NCBI GenBank assembly: GCA_965112735.1
Contig: OZ218960.1
Coordinates: 1,922,001 to 1,986,000, forward strand
DNA: 64,000 bases
Source of the DNA: Phaeosaccion multiseriatum
Taxonomy: Eukaryota > Protista > Ochrophyta, other classes
Direction of reading: 5' to 3'
The position numbers and the translations under genes were made by a program. Of the stretch, positions 38,795 through 51,577 are shown piece after piece; the first letter of the stretch is position 1; each line of letters opens with the position of its first letter. A model generated the notes under the pieces. The model was not told the DNA's origin, did not search any database, and was given only the letters and a program-made list of their open reading frames with translations.

Positions 38795-39746
38795 TCCCTC
38801 ACCCTCACTCTTCACCCTTACCCATACCCTCACCCTCACCCTTCACCCTCACCATCACCCTTCACCCTCACCCTTATCCTCATCCTGCTCCCTACACACG
38901 TGCATGACCCGGGATGACTGAGTACAGGAGTGCCAAGCAGAGGAGGATCTCCTCATTGCCTTCAAGGACTTCGACAGTACAGGGCTGGGACAGGTCATCG
39001 ACCGACCCGTTATGCACAGCCTTCCGCAGGCCATCTATGGTCTCTGTACCACCCTCTCTGTCTCGGGGGGGTTTGGAGAGATGGGGGAGGGGGATGAAGG
39101 AGGGGGAGGAGGAGGAGGAGGAGGAGGAGGAGGAGGAGGAGGAGGAGGAGGAGGAGGAGGAGGAGGAAAGGGGGGCGGCGTGGAGGGGGTCCGCCAGAGA
39201 CTGGCAAAGATGGGAGGGGGAGGCGGAGCAGCAGCATCAACAGGAGCAGTCGGAGGAGCAGGAGCAGGAATATCAGGAGCAGGAGCAGGAGCAACAACAG
39301 CAGCAGTAGGAGGAGCGAAGCAAGAACTGGATGTGGAGGATGAAGACGGCGAGGGGGCAAGCAAGGAGCAAGTTTTGGCAAGCCCGCCTGTCCCTGCCAC
39401 CGCCAATGATGTATTGGGGGGGGAGGGAAACAAGCCTTCGTCTCTTGAGCCACAGGAGGCGTCTTTGCTGCCGCCACCTTCACTTCAAGTCGGGGGAGGA
39501 GGGCAACAGCCGGAGGAGGAAGAAGAGGGGGAGAGGCAAGGAGAAGGTGGGGAGCAAGAGAATGACGAAGAGGAAGAGGACGTCGATTTGGATGCGGCGA
39601 TCGCGGCAGCTCAGATGGAGGCAGAGGCCCTGAGCGACGGCGAGGCGGCCCCTCCCCCCCAAGAGACTTACCCTGCAGGGGGTGCGGAGGAGGAGGAGGA
39701 GGAGGAGGAGGAGGAGGAGGAAGAGGAGGAGATTGACTTGACTTGA
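36220..39746 (+). CDS. NAPG: Gamma-soluble NSF attachment protein (gamma-SNAP)-like
   Basis: Exons 36220-36531, 36854-37002, 37330-37423, 37627-37737, 38028-38159, 38376-38489, 38928-39746. YLTKTWKKWSADFFAAAPYFEEAGKCFR resembles the gamma-SNAP N-terminus; helical TPR-like body; LAMGDFVRA; acidic C-terminus EEEIDLT. Confidence 0.8.
37188..37305. repeat. (CTA)n intronic microsatellite
   Basis: Read directly. Confidence 0.95.
38585..38885. repeat. Degenerate (CCCTCA)n hexamer tract in an intron
   Basis: Read directly; a shorter related tract lies at about 37543-37590. Confidence 0.9.
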
Positions 39747-40034
39747 CTTAGATGCAAGTCAAGCACACGTTGTCTTGAACCGCTCTCTGTTGTGTGTCGT
39801 GCGCGAGGCTTACATAAGGTTATATTTTACTTCAATAAAAAGTGGGTCTCCTTTCCTACTTCCGGTCATGCGCCCGCTTGTGTTGGGTGCATGATGATGA
39901 TGGGTGCTTATGTATGCTATTTTGTTCCCTCTCCTCTCTCTCTCTCTCTCTGTAGTCTAAGGGAGATTGTGGTTGAGTGAGACTTGAGGCTTTCATGAAC
40001 CCAATCTCAACAGGGAGTGTGAGCCTGACTCCAC

Positions 40035-40292
40035 ACCGCTTTGAACCACTTTAGACAGCTTTGACCGCTTTGAACCACTTTAGACCAGCATTGACCTGCT
40101 TTGAACCACTTTAGACCAGCTTCAGCTTTGACCCTGCTTGGGGGCGGCTTTGAACAACTCTCGAACCAATTTTGACGAGGCTGCTCAAGAGTGGTTCAAA
40201 GTTGGCTCAAGGGTGACTCAACTTGGCTCAAAGGTGGCTCAAAGCTGGCTCAAACTAGGGCTCAAAGGTGGTTTCAAAGCGGTTCAAACGGC
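40035..40292. repeat. Foldback-like inverted repeat built from short subrepeats (possible non-autonomous element)
   Basis: CTTTGAACCACT at 40039, 40068 and 40099; its exact reverse complement AGTGGTTCAAAG at 40190-40201, followed by about 11-bp GGCTCAAA/GGTTCAAAG units to about 40290. Confidence 0.75.
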
Positions 40293-40345
40293 TGTTCATC
40301 CGTGCCTCATGTCTCACTAAACTGCGACAGCACAGTAATATACAC

Positions 40346-43137
40346 TTAAGCTTCCATCGCGAGAGGAAGTCGCGCGTGCTGAGCAATTCCTTCGCCCCTT
40401 CCATCAGCCCCCTTGGTATCACCCCCTGGGGGCTCCTCGTCCTTCTCCTCCTCCCCACCCTCCTGCCCCCTCTCCTTCCCCCCCTCCTGCCCAGCCTCAG
40501 CCTCAGCAGTTGGTGATACAGCCTCTCGGAGCAGCTCCTTGCTGAAGAAGGTGGAGATGGCACTCCACATCCTGGGCGTCACTTCGTGTCCAGCGGCCTC
40601 GTCCACAAGCAGCTCGAGCTGAGACGAGGCCCCCCACAGAGCGTACTCCTGCTGGACCTCGCCCATCGCTGCACACATACACACACAGCGCGCACACACG
40701 CATACACATACACACACAGAGAGAGAGGGAGAGAGAGAGTGTGAGAGAGAGAGGCACAGAGAGAAGGAGCCACACAAAGCAGCCGAGCCAGAGAGAAATG
40801 GCAGAACACACAATTCGAGTTAGTACCGCTCCTTCCTCCCATAGCCCTTTGCCCCTTCCCCTCCCTCCCCTCCCTCCCCTCCCTCCTTGTCCTCTTTGTC
40901 CTCCTTGCCCTCCTTACCCGTCCTGACGCCCTGTAGCGGGCAGCGGTTGTCCCAGGCTCCATTGAGCACAAGAAGGGGCCGCGGGGCGATGGCGGAGAGG
41001 GTGGCCGCTGCAGAGAAAGTGTCGAGCAGCCCCGGTGCCACTGCATGCCACACTTCCTCCACTACTTGCTGGGGAGAGGGAGGGAGGGAGGGAGGGAGGG
41101 AGGGAGGGAGGGAGGGAGGGAGGGAAGGAGGAAGGAAGGAAGGAGGAAGGAAGGAAGGAAAGGGGGAATGAATGCACTTGCCACCCCGCTCAAATCTGTT
41201 CCTTCTGTGTTCCATCTGTGTTCCGGACGGTGGATCGTACCTTGTCGACTCTCGTCTTACCCAGACTTTGAGCGGCGTGGGTGAAGAGAGGAGGGATGGA
41301 CTCAACTCGGCCATGCCAGCAGTCCTGCTCCACAGCGTGGCGAAAGCACTGCATTGGGGAGGGAGGGGGCAGAGGGGGGGGAGGGGGGGAATTGGGGAGG
41401 GAGAAAAGGACATGGAGGAGGGGGCGATAACTTTCAGGGCTCTGTCCTTGCACAGAGGAATAGAAGAGTGCCCGCTGTACAATGCTGCACGTTGAATAGT
41501 GCATGTGGGAAGGCCGCTGGAGGGAAAAGAGCGGCCCAAAACCCGCCCAAGACCTTCACAGGTATCCTCATTCCCATTCAATCCACGGGTGGGTGCGTGC
41601 GTGCACCAAGTCGTTCCATGTATGGGTCTACCGATGGCAACCGATGGCAGGCAGGGCGTCTGCTCTAGAGGGAGAGAAAGTCCCTACCTACCTGCACGCC
41701 TATAGCGGGGGCCACGGCAGATACTCGCTCGTCTGCAAAAGCCAGGAACTGGGAGTGCATGCCTTACAGGGTGGGGGGGGGGGTGGATGGGGCGAGGGGA
41801 TGGGGTGGATGAATTGCAGACCGTTGGAAGGGGGCGGGGAGCTTTAGATGTAGGGTACAGACAGACAGACACAGAGAGAGCGAACCTTCCTCGAGAGGCG
41901 AAGACCACCCACCTCCCTTACCCCTCCTTCTCCTTCTCCTCCTCCTCCTTCTCCTCCTCCTCCTCCTCCTCCTCCTCCTCCTCCTCCTCCTCCTCCTCCT
42001 CCTTCTCCTTCTCCTCCTCCTCCTCCTCCTCCTCCTCCTCCTCCTCCTCCTCCTGACTGACAGATGGATGGTGAGGTATGAATTGATCGCCCCGCGGCCC
42101 TACGCTCCGCCCCACCCCGCCCTCACCCACCTCCCAGACTGACTCCTGTGCAGCCTATCCTGTCGGGCAGCACATCGTCTCTTGCACACAAGTAGTCCAG
42201 CACCCTCATGAGATCCCACACCGTATCATAGATGAAGGGATGTTCCTGTCCGGCCTGGCCAGCCTCGTCGAAGCTTCGAATGAGGGCGGCGTGGTAGGCT
42301 TGCCGGGCCTTCTGAGGTGACGGCGGAGAAGTCGCTGCGGTTGGTGTTGTAGATGGAGATGTGGGGGTGGGGGTGTGGGTGGGGGTGGGCGTAGGCGAGG
42401 AGGACTCGGTCCTTCTACCGTGGTAGCGGGAGTCTACTGCCACCACCATAAAGCCTTGTCTCGCGAAGCGCTGGAGCACACCCTGCTGTAGTAGCTCCTC
42501 GCTGCTGCTTCCCGTACAGTGCAGCACCAGCAGCACTTGAGTGGGGGCGAGAGGGAAGGTGGGGGTGAGCACGTGGCCAATGAATCACTTGCACAGCTCT
42601 TCCACTCTCACCTGGTAACTTCTTTTCCGCTGTGTTTGGTTTTTCCCTCCCCGGACCAGCAGCACTCTCAGCCGTAGTTCCCCCTTCACCCTGATCCTGA
42701 CCCTGCCCCTCGCCTTGGCCATGAATCGGAGCTGGTAGTGTGCTTTTCTCTCCCCTCTGACCCCGAGCCTCGCACTCCTGGCTCCGACTCTCGCCATGAC
42801 CGCCTGGCGAGGTGGCACGCTTCACAATGAGGATGGGCGTCGTGTGCTTGGAAGAAGTGTCCAAGAGAATCCGCTCCTCACAAAGGTCGCTCCGACAGAG
42901 GGAGGGCGTCTCTTGGCCCTCTTCCTCCACTGAACAAGACCTTGTGTCCACTCGGGCATTCATCGGCACCCTGGCATTACTCTTTTGCAGAATCGTCAAA
43001 AAGGCCTCTCGGCGCGGGCGCGGTGTTTGTTCCCTACCCCTTCGTTTCCCCCGGTTGGCCCTGGCCAGGAAAGGCGGTTCGCCATGCTCTTCCGGGTAGC
43101 ATACATCTTCGCGTTCTTCCCCTGCGTTCGCACCCAT
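40346..43137 (-). CDS. Alpha/beta-fold serine hydrolase (peptidase S9/dienelactone-hydrolase-like)
   Basis: Exons 42612-43137, 42131-42535, 41692-41762, 41241-41348, 40918-41068, 40346-40668. PVLLVLHCTG, VAVDSRYHGRR, nucleophile elbow IGCTGVSLGGMH, IAPRPLLVLNGAWDNRCP (Asp), AGHEVT (His). Confidence 0.9.
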
Positions 43138-43256
43138 CGTGTAATTGAGGGGACGATTCGAGTGAGGTGGTGGCCGTAGCTACACGTCTTGGTGCTCCAG
43201 TAGAGGCCACAGATGGATGCCACTCTGCTCCACTCTTTCACAGCCTTTGGAAAGCT
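43138..43256. promoter_or_regulatory. Putative bidirectional promoter, hydrolase/RPB12 (119 bp between start codons)
   Basis: Divergent ATGs at 43137 (-) and 43257 (+). Inferred from gene geometry only. Confidence 0.6.
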
Positions 43257-43640
43257 ATGGCGCAACCGATGAATGTGGATGGGCAGCAGCAGGGCGTGGC
43301 GGCAGCGACAGCGGCAGCAGCAGCGACAACGCCTGCGGCGGTGCAGCCAGGCGCAAGCCTGGGTGTGAGATACCTTTGTGGAGGTCCGTATCTGGGTTTC
43401 TGGTGTCTTTGTGCGCCCTTCGCTGGCCCTTTCGCCTACATATAGTTGTGTACGAGCACGCAGTCTAACGCCTGGGACCCTCTTCCTATCTTCCCCTCCC
43501 CCCCCCCTGCGTGCTGGCTTGTAGATTGTGGAGCTGAGAACTTGATCAAGGCCAGAGACCCCATCCAATGTCGCCAGTGCGGGTACCGTATCATGTACAA
43601 GATGCGCACCAAGCGCCTGATCCAGTTCGAAGCCAGATGA
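43257..43640 (+). CDS. POLR2K: RNA polymerase I/II/III shared subunit RPABC4/RPB12
   Basis: Exons 43257-43383 and 43525-43640 give [44 protein letters not shown], the canonical RPB12 zinc ribbon. Confidence 0.96.
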
Positions 43641-45430
43641 TGATGACACGTTGGGCTCTGGCCAATGGGTAGGGAAGTGTGCTGCTGTCACTTGTTGTGC
43701 CTGCATGGGTGGGGCGGCATGTCCAAGCTCCTAGGCAACGCCGGCTCGTGGCAAGTTTGGCAACAGGGAAGTGAGTCTCAACTGAAGCAAACAAAACTAG
43801 AAGATTAGTGCAGGAAGACGCAAAGGCTCGTGCTGATTTTGGCCTCCAAGGGGGAAGGAATCCGAGGAGAGGCCAGCCCCATTCCAGTACTTGGCAGCAG
43901 AGACAGGGCGAAGGAAGCACGGGAGAGGAGCAGAGGGGGGAGCTGCGAATCCCGTCCCACCCTCGCCTTCAGACCGAATGGCATAGCATACAAGCGAGCT
44001 CCGTGGAGGGGCTGTGTGCTGGACCACAGACGTGAGCCCCGCAAGGCCGCGCGGACAGATGCAGCCCCCCCCCTTCGTGTGCGTGTGTGTTTGCTCTTTT
44101 GTATCCCAACTGCGACAGCTTCTCTGCGCGGACGGTATGTATCCTTGAGGGATATGGGAAAGAAGGCGTAAACTCCATCGGGAGCGACGGCAGCACAAAC
44201 ACGTTTCAATGGAGGAGGTCGCCCCTTTTTGATAACCTATTATATATATACGTATACGATATGTATGTATCGCTCTTTTGAGACGTGCACAAAGTAGTCT
44301 CAATGTAGAGGAGCGTTGCGTTCATTGACTCCGCCGTCGATGCGCGAAGGGCGAGTGAGTCAAGCAGGGCACGTGGAGCTCCAATGGTCACGCCCGCTCC
44401 ACCTGGAGCCTTGTTCTTGTACAATGGGCACGCCTCCTCCACCCCAGCAAGAGCAGCAAGAGCAAAGCTCGGGTATCCCCTGCCCTTGCCACAGTCAGTC
44501 CTGCCTTAGAGGGGGCGCTTCTGTCCAAGAGAGCCCGGCCCGGTTTCTCCATCGGCAGGAAGGCATGACGGATTTCCCCACCACGCCTCACCACGCCTCA
44601 CCACACCCCTCCCTGCCTCTTCGATTTGTCGTGCTGTTGGCGCCGCGCAACACACGCTAGATGATTTTCATTTCCTCCCCAAGGGAATGTAAACAAAAAT
44701 TGCCGTCAAGAGTTTTCTCATTCCAACATTTGCCTTCCCGTCCGGCTGGAAGTGTATCAACCCCGCCAGCAGGCGCTCCCTCCTCCCCTCTTACGAAACA
44801 CCCAGTCCACGGTACGCCCTCCCTCCCTCCTCAGTATACGGCATGCCGTCCCTCCCTCCTCCCCCCATCCATGTTCCTTGTCAGCCCTCGGTTCTCTCCA
44901 GAGCATGTACGTGAGCACACACAACCAATCAGTCAAGCTCCAAGAAGCCTGATCAGTGTGGAGAACCCCCCAACCCATTGGACCATTCTACAGTTATAGT
45001 CCAGTCCAGTCCAGTCCAGCCCAGCAGCAGCAGCAGTCGGCACTTGACGAGTGAGAGACCAACGATCCAATCGTTGCTCATCTACAACACACAGCGTCCA
45101 CTCGCCCACCGCCCGCCCGCCCGCCCGCACACCCGCCCGGGTACTCTCGCTTCATGTGGAGCCAAGCAAAACACGCAACGCCCACTCCCCCACTGCCCGG
45201 CTCCAAGCAGAAGCAGGTGGAGCCGAGCAGAAGGGAGGGCAGCCGCGTCAAGCTACCGAAAGAAGCCTTCAATGCTCACCTCAGGGGCTATCTACTCTCT
45301 GCTACAGAGCAGTCGTTGCCAGTCTGTCTGCCTCGCCCTCACTCCTCCCTGCATCCCTTCGCGGTATGCGGTAAGCGGTGGATTTCTTTGCGTTGCCCCT
45401 CCCTTCCTCCCCTTGCCTCCCTCCCTCCCC

Positions 45431-48263
45431 TCAGCTCCCTCCTTCGGAAGATTTCCGGAACTCGGCCCGCCGTTTGTCGATGTGGCGATGCTTCAAAGGA
45501 AGGGCCAAAGCCTTTTCGATGAGCACGTGCCCGTCCACCTTTGGTCGCGAGCAGTGGAGTACAGCGGTCAAGCATTCAATTCAGTCCATCAGCACACACC
45601 ACACACAAAATATAAGGACGGACAAGAAGGGAGGAAGGAAGGGTCAGAAGAAGAGGAGCTAAAAAGCCCCAAAGGCTAAACAACCGAAGAGGAATGGTTC
45701 TCCCTATTCCAAAACTCTCTACTCTCCACTCTCTGCTCTTTCTCTCGCCCATCCACCCCATATCGATAGCGATCTCTGGGGGTCAAAATGAAGCCTACTG
45801 AAATGCAACGGCAACGGCAACTGCAACTGCAACTGCAACTGCAAAGGCATCTCACCGTGGCGGGAAGGTTGCGCAGGTGTGTGTTGAGGTCCTCCAGGTC
45901 CATCTTATAACATGCCTCGGACTCGGCCATCTTCATCAGAGCCACCACCACGCGATGGAAGATCTTAAAGTCCTGTTACATACGGCCGGGCAGAAGGGGG
46001 GAGAGGTCGGCAGAAAAGCGGAAGATAGCAGAGGGTAGTGAAGGAGTGGTACAACATACAGAGCAGGTGTGATAGGGAGAGGAGTGGAGGGAGGGAGCTC
46101 AGCACGAAAGTAGATGGGATGGAGGCCGCGCCGCTCCCACACATCCCCTCGACCCTCTCTATTGATTGCGCCCTCCTCTCCTCTTCTCTTCTCTTTCCTT
46201 TCTTCCGCACCCCCTCCCTACGTCTCGTCGCCTGGATCCTCCCTCGGCTTGCTCCCTCCCCTCTCCCTTCCTCTCCTCTCCTCCTTCTTCTCTCTCTCTC
46301 CCCCCCTCCCCCCCCCCCGCCTCCCTCTATACCTCGTTGAGGAAGATATCCCACACTCTCGTCACGAGATCGTAGGGGAATCGCTGTGTGAAGCCCGTGA
46401 GGAACCACTGAGTGGCGTAGATGGAAGGAGTCAGCCCTTTAGACACTAAGGCTGAGTTGAGGCGAGGGGCGTACTTCGCCACCAGAGAGTCGATGACGAA
46501 TTGGAACTCTTGTGTCGCCACCTGTGAAAAGGGAGAGTGAGGGAGAGGCATATGGGGAGGGAGGGAGGGAGGGAGGGAGGGAGGGAGGGAGGGAGGGAGG
46601 GAGGGAGGGAGAGGAGAGGAGGGAGAAAAGCAATAGGCCGGGCGTGCGGTAAGACAAGACCGGCAAACAGCAGATGAGGACAGGCGTTGATGGGGAGAGC
46701 TCTTGGGGGTCGGAGAAGAGAGACTGCCGGCATGTTTCCGCGAGCGGGGACTGCCTTCGACTGCCTTCCTTTCTCTCCAGCCCTGTCTCAACACTGCACA
46801 CCGCAGCACTCACCATTCCCGGCAGGAAGAGCTCTCTGAAGGGGGCCTTCTCGCGGCGCATCACGGAGTTGAGCAGCCAATACGCATTCTCCTCGGGCAT
46901 GTACAGCAAGAAGAGCGCCGCGAGGTAGTTGATGCCCTGGCAGTATTGCACCTGATAGATAGGTCCCGGTGGATGGCAGCAGATGGGTCCAGCAGATGGC
47001 AGTAGATGGGGGGGGGGTGCAGGGAGGTCCGACGAGAGGCACGGATAGCGATGAGAGAGGGCGGTGTGGGCTATACACATACATATACAGGGGGGAGGGT
47101 GGGAGGGAGCGCGGGCGGGGGGGGTAGAGCGCGGGAGGGGGGAGGTGGGCACACACACGCACGCACACACACACGCACACACACGCACACACACACACGT
47201 CTTACAGGCCCAGGCGAACATACCTTTTCGTCCGTGCGACCGTAGGCTGTGAGCACATTCCTGAGCTTTGCCCTCCCCTGCTCGCCCTTTCTCCTCCCCC
47301 TGCCGAAGTCTCTGTTGTCCGACATGGTGCGTGGAAGGTCCTCCTCAATGGGGCCTTCTACCTTGATGTGAGCACTGTCCAACAGCTCTTTGTACTTGCC
47401 TGAGGGAGAGAAGGGGAGGGGAGGCGGCGTAATGACGGAACACGTCAAGCCACGCTTCCTCCCCTTCTCTTCGGCTAAGCACACTTCTTCCCCTTGCCCC
47501 CTCCTCTCTGCCTACCTCCTCCCCTCCTCTCCACCTGCTTGTACCTCCTCCCCCCCCTCCTATCCCTCTTCCATGTCAGATACCTGGGTTGGCCGCTAAT
47601 GCCTTGTCGCTGCCTGCCAAGCGCTGCCACACATCTCCTCTAAGATCGTTGGGCACTCCCTTCCGTAACCGCTCGTTGAGATGCTTCTCGTGCTTCTTAC
47701 TCGTCCACAGGTCCCACTTGGCCTGATAGATGTGAGTGGGTAGCCCCAAGTGGCCCAACAAAGCGAGCCAAGAAGACAGGAAGGAGCAAAAGAAAACGGC
47801 CGTCGGATCAGGACCAGCAACACTGACAGAAGGTTACGTCACCATCGCAATGACAGTGAAGGGTGGTGGCGGCTGGTGTGCAGAGCTTCAGTAGCAATAT
47901 GCGCTGCTCTATGAGAAGGAGGTGCGCGAGAGAGCACGACCACCAATTCCAACATCCTGAGCCATTTCGTCTCTCGAACAATCTCCCTGGCCACCACGCT
48001 TCGTGCCGCCCTCCGCCTCCCTCCCTCCTCCACCTCCTCCAGACACTCACCAGCATGTCTCGCCACTTAACCTCCCTTTCCTTCTCTTTGGCTGCCCTGC
48101 GGCGGGCCACCGCGGCGTCCAACTTAGGACCGACCCGCTCGCTATCTAAATAGAACCCGTACCGATTCACTTCATCTGTGGACCCCTCTTCGGTGTCCGT
48201 ATCTGAGTCTTGCCGCGGCTTTGGTGTCTCCGGTTGGGTTTGGGACTTCGTCTCATCCTCCTC

Positions 48264-48296
<33 letters not shown>

Positions 48297-48602
48297 CTGT
48301 TGCTCCTGCTTCTCCTGTTGCTCGTCCCCTGGCTTCCCGCACCCAGGCTCTGGCCCCTCCTCTGCAGCAGGGTCCGCAAGCTCCTCTACTGGAGCTGGGG
48401 CGACCGCCCTGATGCTACTATTGCACGAATGGACCGCCGCTCCCGCGCCAGCCTCACTACCACTAACGCTACATGAGGCCGTATCTTCGTCGTGAACCTT
48501 GCTGCTGTTACTCCCGCCATGCCTTGCCCCTGCTCGTGCTCTCCCTCCGTCCTCATTGACCAGAGTCGCAGAAGTGTCGTGCGGGTTGGGCTGGCTGTCC
48601 AT
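45431..48602 (-). CDS. TBC-domain Rab GTPase-activating protein
   Basis: Exons 48051-48602, 47584-47722, 47224-47399, 46814-46951, 46333-46521, 45856-45972, 45431-45538. NRYGFY, REVKWRDM, RLRKGVPNDLRGDVW, Arg finger IEEDLPRT, Gln finger YCQGINY, YATQWFLTGF, RVWDIFLNE. Confidence 0.92.
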
Positions 48603-49120
48603 CGCCACTGCCCGCTGCTGCTGCCACTATTTCAAGCCCCCTTCTCCCCGTCCTGTTGGTGAGCCATGACAAAAGGGAGAGCAGCCTGCCTGTTCCCAAT
48701 CAGCCGACGCGAAGGACACGTGCCCTTCTCGATTGTGTTTCACCGACCTCTTCAAACTGTGAGCGTTCGCCGATTTCTGCGGAGAGGACTCCCTCGTTTC
48801 CTATGTAAACTGCGACTACCCTTGAGAATACATAGTGCAAGAGTGGACGGCAGGGGCGGTGGCCGATGGTGTAGGTGGGAAGCGCTCCGCCCACTCACGA
48901 GTAGCTGAAGGATGGCACCCGATGACCCCCCCTCCGCCCCTTCCTCCCCCTCTTCCCTTTTCCTTCACACTCTTCCTTTTCTCCTTCCTCTACCACTCCT
49001 CCACTCCCTAGGCGCTGATATAAACCTTTCACTCTTTCTACTCCAACCTTCTACTCCTTCCTACCATCCATTTATTTCTAGTCTGTCTCTTTCTTCTCAA
49101 AAAAAAAAATGCTGCCTCGC

Positions 49121-51577
49121 ATGAGTGGTGGCTGCTTACGCCTCTGTCGGAGGAGAAGAAGCAAAAGCAACACCACCCCCCTCTTCTCTTCCCTGTCTGC
49201 CGCGGCGTCTCGACAACCGAGTGGCTTCCCTTGGCGTGAGTCAAAGAGTATCCCGGCGTGGCCTTGGAAAATGAGATTGTTGGAAAAAGCGAGCGAGGTG
49301 TTCTTGGAAGCCTCCTTGTTCCAGTCTCACGAGGGCCTCAGCACTCCTCAGCAGACAAAGCAGTATGTGAGGGAGGCCATCCCCAAGGGCGCAGCCATTG
49401 CTTTTGAGCGAATCACAGAGGCGGTCTTTGAGAAGAATGTGGCAGAAGACGGTGAGTAAGGAGGAACGAAGAAACAACCTGAGTCCCTTTAGTCTTAGCC
49501 TTTTCTGTCTCGTCCTTCCTCGTCCCCTTGCCCATTTACCCCCATTTACCCTCCCCCAGGAAAGAGCATGGTGCTTGTTGACCCTTGCGACGTGATGGAC
49601 AAGCCACTGGCAGACTTCTTCATGAATGCCCAAGCCGTGGCGCGAGCCTCGAGCCTTCAGGTGGTGCACAGCCTCGAGGGCATTGACAGGGTGAGTGAGA
49701 GAGTGAGGGAGTGTGATAAGGGCATTTTGTAGCGAGGGTGAGTGAGGGACGGACGGAGCGAGGGAGTTAGTGAATGAGTGATGAGGGTGAAGAGAGGATG
49801 AGTGGTCAGTGAGTGAGTGAGCATCGATAGCATAGTGTGATGAGGGCATAGAGAGGGTGAGAGAGTGAGCACATCGATAAGTATTGTGTGGTGAGGGCAT
49901 AGAGAGGGTAAGTGAGTGAGAACAGTGATAGCATTGTGTGGTGTGGTGCTTCCCCCTCCCCCCTTTCCTCCCCACTCCTGGTTCTCCAATCGTGCGCGCG
50001 TCCCCCCTCCTCCTCACCATGACACTCTCGTCTCGCACAAACACACACACCCACACACACTTTCAGTTTCAGTTTCTAAGGTGAATACCACGTTCGCCCT
50101 CTTTTTGTCTCCTTCCTTCCCTCAACATCTGCTGCTGCTATTTCTACTGCTGCTGCCTGGCTGCTCCCTCCATCTCGCCCACACACACCTGTCATGTGTT
50201 CCCACAAGGTTGACATTGCAAGGGTCGTCGGAAAGCCTATAAGGCCCACGAGAAGCCTATGGGCACAGCAGTCCCCCTTCTTTGAGTTGCAGGAAGGGTA
50301 GGTGGAGGTGGAGGGAGGGCAAACACCATAGGCACGACGGACTCATAGCCCCACATCTCCATATTCTCGACAGCAGCTCCACAGCTCTTATCGCTCTTGC
50401 CCTTGCTCTCTGTCGTGTGTTGTTTGCGGCGTTGTCACTTTGCTTTGGTAGTTGGTTCTATTTTTCCCAACTTGTAATTGTATGTTAATTTTGGAAATCC
50501 TGAGCTCGTCAGTCTCTCATCCCTTCTCACCCTTCCCTCATGCCTCCCCCCCGCGCCTCGTACGCTATATTCGTAACGGCAGGAAGATTGGCTTCCGCTT
50601 CAGAGTGCTGGTGGATGTTCTTTGCCATGGTGAGTAAGTGAGTGAGTGAGTGAGTGAGTGAATGAGTGAGTAAGGGAGGGAGTCAGTGAGGGAGTGAGTG
50701 GGTGAGTGAGTGAGTGAGTGGGTGAGTGAGTGAGTGAGTAAGTGAGTGAGGCGCTTCCCCTTCCCTCTATTCGCGTTGCTTTTGCTGGTGCTGCTGAGCT
50801 GCTACGATGCTCTCACGTAAGCAATGCTCTTGTGCTGCTGCTAGGACCATGCTCTCACTTTCTCAACACTCAATCCTCTGCTGCACAGAGGTGTTCTTCG
50901 TGCAGGACGAGAAGAGTGACGCTATCGTGCAAGGCGACAAGGCCGTGGCCCTCAGGCGACACCGCCTCACACTCGAGGTGAGAGAGAAGGAAGGAAGGAA
51001 GGAAGGAAGGAAGGGAGGGAGGGAGGGAGGGAGGGAGGGAGGGAGGGAGGAAGGAAGAAAGGAAGGAGGAAGGAAGAAAGGAAGAGAGGGAGGGAGGGAG
51101 GGAGGAAGGAAGGAAGCTATGTTCTGACAAACGAGTACCCTCTTGCCGTCGCTGCCTGCCTTCCCATATGCCTGCCTGGCCTAAGGCGGACCATGTGATG
51201 GACGACGACGGGAGACCGGATCCCATTCTGATCTTTGTGCCCCCCTGTGAATGCGAGCTCGACTGGGCCGTGGTGGACCTTGACGACTGGATGGGAACAC
51301 AAAAGTGAGTACATTGCGTACGTACCCTTACGTGTGATGGGCACGCTTAACTAGGTGGGGGAGGTGTCTGGGTGTGTGTGTGACATCCCACATGAAGTGC
51401 GGCGCTCCTTTCTTGCTCCTTTCTCCCTTCCCCCCCCCCCCCCCCTCCCCTCCTACCCTTGTACCTTTCACTGGGCATACCATCCTGATACCACCCCCCA
51501 ACCAAATTCGCCGCAATCCCTGCCGCTCCCTGCTGCTGGTTTCTCCTCCTTCTCGTTGTGTTAGGTGGTTCGGCTAG
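49121..51577 (+). CDS. Probable mitochondrial MAIP1/Tim44-like protein
   Basis: Phase-consistent exons 49121-49451, 49560-49690, 50209-50297, 50583-50629, 50889-50977, 51186-51304, 51565-51577. Arg-rich presequence-like N-terminus; GAAIAFERITE; EVFFVQDEKSDAIVQGD...HRLTLE...WAVVDLD resembles the C-terminus of Tim44-like domains. The gene model is solid; the family call is from pattern recall only. Confidence 0.6.

Noticed and set aside
38585-38885. Interstitial telomere
   Set aside because: The unit is CCCTCA (TGAGGG), not CCCTAA. It is degenerate and fits the general C-rich 3' intron pattern.
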